A stretch of 64,000 nt of DNA from Lama glama (Eukaryota): the NCBI GenBank assembly GCA_028534125.1, contig CM052816.1:39434001-39498000 (forward strand), given 5' to 3'. Made by a program: the position numbers and the translations under genes. How positions within the stretch are numbered: the first letter of the stretch is position 1; each line of letters starts with the position of its first letter. Of the stretch, positions 38,209 through 49,562 are shown in pieces. Under the pieces are notes generated by a model. That model did not search any database. It was not told the DNA's origin and saw only the letters and a program-made list of their open reading frames with translations.

Positions 38209-40569
38209 GTTGTCCCTGGATTCTGTGTAAACTGCCCACAGTCTGTTTGTACACTGGGAGAGGATACTAATCTTAGGTGAATCCTGAATACCCTAGGTTT
38301 TCTTTTTCTCTTAGCAAAGGAAAAGCAAAAACAAAAAGAGCTTGAGAGCCACCCTGTGCCTTGGATGTGATCAGCATGTTGTCCAGCTCCCGAACCATCT
38401 CTCGATGATGCTTACCTGCCCTCTGACTGAGGACTGAGTCATAGGTACCAAAACCTACGCATGAGCCACACTGGGAGAAGCCAGGCAAGACTCCCTGCAT
38501 AATTACCACAGAGGAAAGGGAAAAAACAGCAATTCCTTCCATTTCTAGAAAATACTTCTTTAATTTCCTCCCTTATATTATGAGGGGATTGGGCAAATTA
38601 ATCTGTAAATCCCTTCAGGAGCAAGCATTCTAATTTTCTCTCAAGAACCTCTGTTGTTACATAAGAATATCTCATTAAGCTTTTCCTGCGGAACAAGAAA
38701 GCAGCAGGTGATAATGAAGTTAGAGAGATTTTTAAAAGGTATGCCTTTTACCAATGAAACTAAAAAGGTGTTAAATACACTTTTAAATTAAGCCTCTTCT
38801 TAAAATCAGGAGTTGAGCATCTGTTTGATTTTCTTTCTAGAGGCGTTTTATGGCAATTTCTCCTCTATAAGGAAGCAACGTGAATCGCAGTGACATTATT
38901 AAGCCTGCTGAAGCCTATTCCCCAATTCAGGACTGAGCTGGGAAGCTGACTAAATAGTCAGTTTTATAGAAACTTCTCATCTTTTTGAGTTTTAATATTT
39001 TGCGTTTGTCATTTTTATTCAGGACTCTACGGTGCTTTTTGGAGCCTTCAGGCAGGGAGAGTATAAGCAAGATGAACAGTAAAGTCAAATTCTTGTTGTG
39101 TATTAAAAGCCTAATGTGTGACAATGCTTCATAATCTGAAATGGTATTTCTGAACAAAATACCATAGTGGATGTTAAATTGGCATTCCTTTAAATTCTGA
39201 TTCGTGATTTTCAAGTGAAATTACCTTGTCCTTCACATTTAAACATGCTTTCCCCATTGTATATCAAGTATTTTTGCAATATTTTGCTAAAATATTGATA
39301 GATTCTGAAGATTTTGCAGTTGGTAAACATTCATGCAAAATATGTATGGTTTTATCTCCTAGGATTATACTGTCTTCTTTAACTTTTATATGTAGCTCCT
39401 TGAAAAAAAATTTCAAGAAAGGGTTATAATGGATTGACAGTGATGTATATGAAAACATTTTCCCTTCAGCTCTGGCACTCTACTTCTCAGAAAGTCAGTG
39501 TTACAGGATAGTGTATCTGTCTGCCTTCAAAATTTGGTAAGTACATTTTGATAAATGCCCACAGCTATTTATAATTTTTATGGTGCTATGAGTAATGACA
39601 AAAGAACTTGTACTTTTGTGATCAGTGTGTTTTTCTTTATAACTGGATTCAGACTGTATGAATTTTCTAGGAATTTTATCTTTAAAAACCATGACTTGGA
39701 GAAGTTTCTTTATCAAATATATGAACCTATTTAATTATACTCCACTGTTAACCTTGTGCTGTTAGTTTTGAACAATTCTGTTAGTGGACATTGTCAATCT
39801 CCAAGGTCTCTTAAAAAAATAAAAATACAGAATGTGTTTTTCTTTGTACACAGACTTCCCGAGATACCTTAACTATTTCTAAGTTTAAAATTAGGCCAAT
39901 TTTAAACATATTGTGATACTGCTTCCCAAAAATGTTCATGCGTGTTTTCCCACAATTTGACCAATTCTGAACATCAAATATATCAAGTGTACCTATTTTT
40001 TCTTCCTTTTCATTTTGTAGTGTGTTATCATTCGATTTTACTTTTCAGACAGCAAGTGAAATTAAATGTTTCATATGTTTAAAGGTAATTTTTTAATATA
40101 CTGTTTTTTTTGTGATTTGCCTGTTAAACAACTTAACCCTATCACCAGAAAGTTTATAATCTTATTTTCTTCTCTGTGTTATTTACTTATGAATTCTTTC
40201 TCTCGTGTATGTTTTAAATATTTCCCTTGAATTGTTTAATAAAATTCATTAGTCTGTTCCTTTAGGATTCTTTCTTTAGGATTCCTTCCATCATGTAGCT
40301 TGTCAAAATGGATCTTCCTTATCCTAGATCCGAAATTTATATATGTTTATGTGGTAAAAGGTAGGTTCATAACTCATTTTTCTTCTACAAGATTAATAGT
40401 TTTGCTCCTCTGTTTTGGTCTGTGATCCATTGGAGTGAAGTTTATTTGGTGTGAGATAGGGTTAAGCTTTTTTTTTCCTTTTATTTAAATATATCTGTCC
40501 AGTTTGTCTAGCACTATTGAAAATATTTTCCTTTTTCTACTGTGTCAGAAAGAGGAAGAGGAGGAGGAC

Positions 40570-40832
40570 AAGAAAGATGGCTGTGGGGATGGATGGCCCT
40601 GTGCATGGCTGTGTCTACAGAGGTCACATGAACGTGCACCTGCAAAGAAAGAAATACACACAAAGTGCATTTAAAGCAGGTGAGACCTAATCAAGTAAGT
40701 AGGCTGTGTTAATGTCAGTGCTCTGGCTATGACACTTTACTGGTACAATACGTTCCCAGTGGTGGAAACTGGGCATTGCCATGTGACATCTTTCTCTGAG
40801 TCTACAATTATCACAGAGTAAAAAGTAAAAAT
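40570..40832 (+). mobile_element. Old L1MB/L1MC-type 3' end
   Basis: ggtggaaactggg ... tgagtctacaattatcacagagtaaaaagt resembles an L1M 3' terminus. Confidence 0.55.
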
Positions 40833-42014
40833 TATTTGTGAAAACATTCTAAAAGAAAAGTTAATACTTGCCACAAAAATAATTTTATAAATTCCTTGAG
40901 ATAAAATTTAAGGGTTATAGGACTAAAATATGGATTTATCAATGACCATAAGAGCAACAGTAGAGTGAAACCAACTTTTCAAAGCAAGATCTATTAAATA
41001 AACAGGCAACTATTAGAGGAGGAATTGTTACTAACTTACTGTAATGATCTCATTTGCTGGAGTAAGCTTTTTCATCTCAGTAGAATGACACAAAAGGTAC
41101 AGTACAAGGTGAAGAGATCAGAGAGAATTAGTTAAGACTTTCATAAAGCAGCCTAATGACCAGTTAAATTCCGTAAGAGGAGATATTTACTCCACATCTC
41201 TGTGCAGCACTGGTCTGATCTTTTGACTCTGCAATTCAAAAAACCTATTCAGTAAAAAGCTGTTAAACCAGTTGTGCATATAAATGGAATGGATAAAAAT
41301 TCAGTTACCACAAGAAAGTAATTAAGTGACTAATTAAGTTCTATTTCCATTACAGTTATTAAATTTTATCATTTTGAGGAAAACCTTCTGTCTTCAGGAA
41401 GTTTGTAAGATACCTGGAAAAATGGTAATACAGTCAGTATCTGTGAGAAGTTTTTTTAAACAGGGCGGAGCACCACACCATGAAGATGCTACAGAAAGGT
41501 AGGTGCCCAGTCCATATAACATAAAAGTTTCACCATTTTGACAAAATTAAAGGTGAAGTAGGCTCTCTTTTGAAGAAGTTCTCTTTTTCTGAACGTGTTC
41601 AATCATAGCAGTAGTATAAATTTGACCTGGAAGGATTTTAAATTGCTTTAGAATGTATTAAAAAAAAGTTCTTCCTGATAGCTGTATTTTTAAAAGGGAC
41701 AACTTTACAGCTTGACAGATAGAGTAATCATTTATTAATCCTGGCCACAGACTGTATTTTAAAAATGGGGCAGACCCAGATCTATCAGTGGTGGAGCTCA
41801 GGACAGAGTTCCCCCTTTCTGTAAATCGTTACACTTTGCAAAATGTTATCCCTTTTGATTTTTATGACATACCTGGGGAATAATCAAAGGAAGCAATCAG
41901 ATGCTTGTTTATACTCTTTAGGAAAAGGAGACTCAGAATTAGTGACTAGAGAATGTGTCATGCTGTTATTAGCAGAACCAGAGCATGAATCTGGAATCTT
42001 TGATTAAAAAGGCT

Positions 42015-42555
42015 GAGAGACAGAGACACTAGCCCCTTCTTCCTCCTCCATCAGACAGACAGACTGAGAGACAGATACTAGACACCTCCTCCTCCACCAT
42101 TAGAGGCAAATACACAGAGACACGCAGACAGAGACAGACATACTAGCCCCTTCTTCCTCCTCCATTAGAAAGGACAGAGAGACACACAGGCAAAGACAGA
42201 AAGATAGACAGAAAACCAGTCACAAGACGACTCTTCTTCATCCTCCATTAGGGAGAAATACTGAGAGACAGACAGATACTAGGCCCCTCATCCTCCTCCA
42301 TTAGAGACCAATACAGAGAGACAGACAGAGACACAGACAACCCTCCTCCTATTCCATTAGAACCAATGAGAGAGAGACAAACACTTGCCTTCGCCTACTC
42401 CTCCATTTGAGAGAAAGACAGACAGTAGTCGCCTCCTTTGTCCCCTCCTCCTTTAGAAAGGAAGACAGAGACATATACCAGAGACACTAGCCTTTTCTTC
42501 CTCCTCCTCCATTAAGATGAAAGAGAGACACTCAAATGACAGAGTTCCTCATTAG
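42015..42555. repeat. Composite minisatellite, about 9-10 units of [(GA/CA)-rich spacer + ctagcccc ttcttcctcctcc attag]
   Basis: A ccattag-like unit end recurs near 42050, 42100, 42165, 42248, 42300, 42357, 42405, 42452 and 42511. Confidence 0.85.
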
Positions 42556-42647
42556 TGCAACCCATTTCCAACTTCACACCTCCAGATTTATGTTGTTTGA
42601 ATCACTAAATTTGTAATCTGTTTTACAAACAATTGGAAATTAATACA
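42556..42647 (+). mobile_element. MLT1 MaLR LTR 3' end
   Basis: cctccaga ... tgttgtttgaatcactaaatttg ... ggaaattaataca. Confidence 0.6.
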
Positions 42648-43977
42648 AAGCTCTTGAGATCGTACTTCTTGTGAATAAATCCTGCCGTAATTTTGCTGTG
42701 TATAATACTCTGACTAGAAATTTGTCTCAATAGAAAACCATGAAAAAATAAGATGTAACATTGAGGTCTGTTTTCCTTTCTCTTGACTTCTTTCATTTCT
42801 TAAATCAAACCTTTTCCCCATTAATCATACCTAAGAAACGTGATTTTCGCATACTTTAATACACTTCCAGTTTTTTGTTCTTTCTCAGTAATTTTATGAA
42901 TTAGATAGATGATCTTTTCATTGCTGTATTGACATGTTAGGAAGGTGTGACCACACACAATTCACTATCAGCAGATGCCTGTATGGCATGGGATTCAAAG
43001 CACCTTAATCCTGGGTTCCATATAAGGTGACATGTATTAATTTTATATAGTCACACTCAATGTGTATAGAACATACTGCTTTACTTTAAATTGCTAAGGC
43101 TTTTTATATAGGCCCCTGTTACAATAGTCTATGCATTTCATTAGTCAAGTGAAGATAATTCTGGTGTATATGGTGAGGCTATTAATACAAGGTTTGTTAC
43201 CAGCAATTTGTGCCACACCCCCATTGCTCCTGACAGGACACGGAAGTGCCAGGAATGCTTATGCAACTTTCTGGATTCAAAGACAGGCATCTTTTCTGAG
43301 GTCAGTATCAGCTGAAATACAAAGAGCCACTAAATCTAAAATTTTAAGGGACTATATGTTAACCCTTGACATGCAGAACCCAGTATGAACGTCTGTTTCC
43401 TGGGAAAAGTAGTGGTGTTAATAGTCCACGGTGTCCCTCTCTGTACTCCTGGGCCCAGCTTCTATCTGGTGTAGATTGTACATCAGTATTTGTAGATCCT
43501 CCCTAAGGATTTGAGGAGGAATGAACATGGGATATTCATTGTCCTCAATAAAGAGTAAGAAGCCCACGCTGTTTTTTTCTTGTTCATTCACCATTAAACT
43601 ATGCTTGATTTTCTCTCAAAGCCATTGTTTCAAAGTAAGTAGTATTTATTGGCTCAGTTTTTCTTCTCTTAAAAAATATTGTTATAAAATTTGGATATAA
43701 TTGTAATCCTGTAACAGAGAAGTATGTGAAATGAAAACCCCAAAATTCTGTGGAAAAACTGTTCTTTCTATTCAAGATCAAGATACTTACATAAGGAATG
43801 AACAAGACAAAAATATCTCTATCTGAAAAACATTTGAATTGCCCTTCCTTTCCTGTAGATACAAAGTATATCTGGTAAGGGAATTTATTATTATACCTAG
43901 ATTAAATTCATCAGGCCAGGTAATATACCAGGTGAACATGGACTTACAGAGTATTTGCCAACTCAGCGTTTCAGCCT

Positions 43978-44325
43978 TTTAAAAACAGTCTGTATTGAAG
44001 TATGAGTGATTTATAAAACTGCATATTAACCACTGCCTATTTACACCACCATTTATCTGATGAATTTGGGGGTAAGTATCCATTCATGAAACCATCACCA
44101 CAACCTATGTCTTAAACAAATCCATTACCTCCAAAAGTTTCCTTTTGCTATTATTATTGTTAGTATTCGTGATAAGAACACTTAGTATAACATGTACCCT
44201 CTTAGAAAAATTTTAGGTGTACAAATACAGTGTGGTTAACTAAAGGCACTCTGTCGTAAAGCACATCTGAGACTTACTCATTTTGTCTAACTGTGCCCTT
44301 TAACAAAATACCTCTTCCTTTTCCC
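43978..44325 (-). mobile_element. L1MA/L1MB-type 3' end fragment
   Basis: tattgaagtatga ... catgaaaccatcaccacaa ... taccctcttagaaaaatttta. Confidence 0.75.
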
Positions 44326-45489
44326 AGGGCAGTGTTTATTCTTAACTCATAAGCTGTGCACATCTTTCAAACATCTACAGACTAACACAGTATTAAATTA
44401 TCATCTTTTCATGCTGTTTACCTTCAGTTGTCTTACAAATAGCCACTTGCCTCCTCATACAGAAGCCTCTGGTTCACTGACACTGACTTTGAGGAGTAAG
44501 AGATAAGACAGTAACTTTTTCAATGCACATTTTTGCACGTAATACTGTCTTTTTCCCCCTAGTGACAGACTTCTTAAACTTTAGATACATTAATGTAGAA
44601 GAATCCCTTGTTTACTGAGCGCCAATCTCATTTTCAGACCCCTCAATTAACAGGATTACACTTTACAGTTTTCACACCCCACATGCTTGGATGCACATCA
44701 GTAGTCCTGATGATGTGGCCCAGGTATTACTCAGCTCCACGGCTGCGTAACATACTACTTCCTACTAGGGAAAATGTCAAAAGTTTTTCAGATTAAACTT
44801 TAAAAGGTATTGTTCAGTGCTATCAAAGGGAAGAAATAATAAAAATCACGGTGTTAAGCAAATGATATCCAACAGCTAATGAATGATCCTGGCATTTCCA
44901 CTTGCGAATATGAGAAATAATGCTGAGAGAGGTTCTCTCTGAACACGGAACAGGAATCCATGTGTTCCACAGAATGTAACACCACCTATTCAGTGTTATC
45001 CTTACTGTACATTTTTAAACTTACCAATTTACAAGGTCTTTTAATGCATATAGGTGATTAGGGAAAATGTTTATCAGGATAAAACATTCAATACATGTCT
45101 CTTAACTAGATATATCCGACAGCATGTTCTGTGGCCTGGTCCACTCAAAGGTCTAATTTTCAAATTTCAACACAGTTCAAATAAATTTGATTACTTACTA
45201 ATGTAAGTTGCACATTCCAAGTGCCACATTATTGTATTTAAAACCTCGTTATATACATAACTTTTACCCCTCCAAAATATCTAAACATTTTTTAGCTAAA
45301 ATTTGAGTCATATATTTATATTTTCTATTTTAAGTATTAATAGTTTTATTAGGAGGTTTACAAATAAACCATTTTGCAGTCTCTCTCCTAGATGCACAGT
45401 ATGGAAAATGAGCAAATCATTCAGTAAATATTGTAGTTGGAATTCAGGCAAATGGAAATGTATGACTTAACAGGATATGGAAGAGGGAG

Positions 45490-48400
45490 ACATCAGCTAT
45501 CAGGAGATAACATTTGTCAATATTTATTCCCCCCAACACAGGAGCACCCACATACTTAAGCAAATAATAACAAATGTAAAGGGAGAAATAGAAAGCAATA
45601 TAATATTAGGGGACTGCAATACTCCATACATCAATGGGTAGATCAACTAGACAAAAAAATTAGGAAACACAGCCTTAAAGAGCACATTAGACCAGGCAGA
45701 CTCAACATATGTACAGCACAGTGCATCCCAAAGCAACAGACTATACATTCTTCTCAAAGGTACATGCAACATCCTCCAGAACAAATCATGTTAGGCTATA
45801 AAACAAGTCTTAATAAATTTAAAAGGACTGGAATCACAGTAAGCAAACCTTCTGATCAATTACAAGAAAACTAGAAAATTCACAAATACATGGAGATTAA
45901 ACAACAGAACACTGAACAACCAGTGAGTCAAAAAAGAAGTATAAGGAGAAATTTTTAAAGAATAGGACAAACCTTGAAACAATGACAACAGAAAACATAC
46001 CAACACCTATGGGATAAAACAGAATAGTTCTAAGTTCCTAGCTTAAGAAACAAGAAAAATGTCAAACAATCTAACTTCACACCTGGAGAAATTTTTAAAA
46101 AAGAGCAAATGAAGCCCAAACTTAATGAAACTGAGCATAAAAAGACAATAGAAAAGCTGACACTAAAAGCTGGTTCTTTGAAAAGAAAAAAACTGACAAA
46201 CCTTTAGCTAGACTCACCAAAAACAAAAACAAAATAGGGTAGGGAGGAGAGATGACTCAAGATCAAATGAAAGTGGAGATGTCACAACTGATAACCACAG
46301 AAATATAAACAATCATAAGAGCCCACAGTTATATGCTAACAAGTTAGACAATCTTGAAGTTGGGTAAGTCCCCCAAACTCACAATCTACCAAAACTAAGT
46401 CATGAAGTAATAGAAATAAGGAGACTGAATCAGTAATCAAAAACCTCCAAAACAAAAGTCTCAGATGAGATGGCTTCATTGGTGAATTTTACCAAACATT
46501 TAGGAAGAAGAATTAATAAAAATTCTTCTCTACTCTTCCAAAAAATAAAAATAAATAAAAATAAACACTGCCAAGGTTACTTTATAAGGCCAGCATTACC
46601 CTGATACCAAAAACCAGAGAAGGATGCCACAAAAAAAAATCCTCAAGAAAACTGCAAACCAAATTAAGCAATACATTAAAAGAATCATTCAACTTGATCA
46701 AGTGGGATCTATTCCAGGGATGCAGGGATGGTTCAACATCTGCAAAAAACCAGTGTGGTCCACGTTATCCTTCATATGGTTAAAGAATGACATGATCACT
46801 ACAATAAATGCAGAAAGGGCATTTGACACAAGTCAGCATTCATTTGATAGAAATATTCGATAAACTGGATATAGGAGGAATGCACCTCAACATATTAAAA
46901 GCCTTAGATGACAAGTCCACAGCTAACACCATACTCAGGAGTGAAAAGCTCAAAGCTTTTCCTCTAAGATCAAAATAAAAATGTCCACACTCACCACTTT
47001 TATTCAACACAGTATTGGAAAGTCTAGCCAGAGCTATTAGGCAAATAAAAGAAATAAGACAGCCAAACTGAAAAGAAGTAAAACTGTCTGTATTTGCATA
47101 TGACATAATATTCTATAGAGAAAACTCTAAAGATTACACCAAAATAGTGTTAGAACTAATCAACAAATCAGTGAAATTGCAGGACACAAAAATTACACAA
47201 ATAACTATCAGAAAGAGAAATGAAGAAAACAATCCATTATAATTGCATAAGAAGAATAAAATTCCTAGGAATATATTTACCAGGGATGTGAAGTAACTGT
47301 TCTCTGAAAACTTTAAGATATTGACAAAAGCAACTAAAGAAAGCACAAACAGATACTCCATGCTTACGAACTGAAAGAACTGATACTGTTACTGTGTCCA
47401 TACTACCCAGAGTGATCTACAGAGTCAGTGTAATCCCTATCAGAATTCCAGTGGCATTTTTCAAAGTCAAACAATCCACAAAAGACCCCAAATAGAAAAA
47501 AAGCAATCTCAAGAAAGAACAAAGCTGGAGGCATCATATTCCCTGATTTCACATTGTATCACAGAGCTATAGTAACCAAATCCACATGGTACTGACACAA
47601 AAAAGGAAAACAGATCAATGGAAAAGAATAGATAGTCCAGAAATAAATCCATGGATATAGAGCCCACTATTTTAGGAGAAAGGGGCCAAGAATGTACAGT
47701 GGGGAAAAGACAATCTCTTCCAATAAATTGTTGTGGCAAAACGGGGCAGCCACATGCAAAAGAATAAAACTGGACCACTATCTTAAACCATACACAAAAA
47801 TAAGTTCAAGTCTTTAACCCATTTTGAGTTAAAGACCTGACACCTTAAAACTCCTGGAAGAAAACACAGGTGTTAAAGCTATTTGACATCAGCGTTGGTG
47901 ATGCTCTGGGGTTTTTTGGAGGAGTAGGGGGGTGGATTTGACACCAAAAGCAAAGACAACAAAATTAAAAATATGGGAGACTTCATTAAGCTAGAAACCA
48001 TATGCACAGCAAAGAAAACCATCAGCAAAATGAGAAATTAACCTATTGAATGAGCAAAAATATTTGAAAACCGTATCTGAGAAGGGGTTAAAATTCAAAA
48101 TATATAAAAACCTCATATACTTCAATTACCAAAAAGCAATCTGATTAAAAAAATGGGTGGAGAATCTGAATAGATATCTTTCAGAAGACATACAAATGGC
48201 CACCAGGTACATGAAAAGGTGCTAATCATTAGGGAATGTATTTCAAAAGCACAATGAGATCTTAACTTACATCTGTCAGAATGACTAGCATCAAAAAGAA
48301 GAGCTGAAAAGTGCTGATGACAGTATGGAGAAAAGAGGACACTTGTGCACTGTTGGTGGTAATGTAAATTGGTGCAGGCACTATGCAAAATAATGTAAAA

Positions 48401-49138
48401 GTTTTACAAAAAAAAAAATAAAAATAGAACTACATGACCCAGCAATTCCACTGCTTGGTATTTGTCCAGAGAAAATAGAAACATTAACTCAGATATGCAC
48501 CCTCATATCCATTGCAGTGTTATTTACAAGTCATGACTTAAATTGTTTCTGTGTGTCCATCAACAGATGAATGGATAAAGAAAATGTGATTTTATATATA
48601 TATACACACACATACATATATACACACAATGGAATATTACTGAGCCATAAAAAAGAATGAAACCTGGCCACTTGTGACAAAATGTGTGAACCTTGAGGGC
48701 ATCATGCTAAGTGAAATAAGCCAGACAGAGAAAGATAAATACTGTATGATCTCACTTATGTGGACTCTTACAAATAAACAAACAAAAACCCAAGCTAATA
48801 AATACAGGGAGCAGATTGGTGGCTGCCAGAGCAGAGTTGAGGAGTGTCTGAAATGGGTAAAGGAAGTCAAAAGGTGCAAACTTTCAGTTATAAACTAAAT
48901 AACAGGGATATAATATACAGCATATAATATAATATACAGACTATAGTTAATACAGTATTATATATTTGAAAGTAGAAGAGTGGATCATGAAAATTCTCAT
49001 AAGGAAAAAAATTTGTTTAACTATGTAATGTGGTGCATGTTAACTTACTGTGGTAATCAGTTGCTATTATACAACTTAATGCATTGCACATCTAAAGTTA
49101 ACATGCCATGTCAATTATACCTCAAAAACAAAACAAAC
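45490..49138 (+). mobile_element. 5'-truncated L1 (ORF2 from the endonuclease domain to the 3' end), decayed
   Basis: ORF remnants IKRIIQLDQVGSIPGMQGWFNICK and NLEGIMLSEISQTEKDKYCMISL. The RT-like codons tttgcatatgac lie at about 47093, and there is an A-rich 3' end. Confidence 0.93.
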
Positions 49139-49187
49139 CTTTATTTGGGCGAGGGGGAAAATGGAGATAGAGGGAAAAAATTATGAT

Positions 49188-49349
49188 TTTTATAAGGACA
49201 CTAATCCAATCTTATCAACTTCCCCCCCCACCTTATAACGTTATTTAATGTTAATTACCCCTTTATATGCCCTATTTTCAAATATAGTCAGATTTGGGGT
49301 GAAGGCTTCAAAATATAAATTTTGGAAGGACGTAACTCAGTGTACAGCA
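49188..49349 (-). mobile_element. MLT1A/B-like MaLR LTR fragment
   Basis: ttataaggacactaatcca ... aaggcttcaaaatataaattttgg. Confidence 0.7.
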
Positions 49350-49562
49350 CTGGTTACGACATTTTATGTTGGCCCTTTTTTATTTCCTGCTGTTAATTTG
49401 TGGGATTAAGTTGAAAAATTATCTGAAAGTTTTATGTTTGCCCCCTTGAAGGGATTATGCCATTTTCTTCTTTATGTTCTTTGAATACTTCCTTTTTAAA
49501 AAAATATTACAAATATGCCAATTTTCCTTGATAGCAAATGCATACATTTAAGATAGCATGTA

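Noticed and set aside
42015..42555. CRISPR-like repeat-spacer array
   Set aside because: The context is mammalian, the repeats are degenerate, the spacers are mutually similar low-complexity DNA, and there are no cas genes.
41464..43874. Micro-exon candidates at 41464-41498 and 43859-43874
   Set aside because: Only splice-like motifs support them. They are too short to distinguish from chance.
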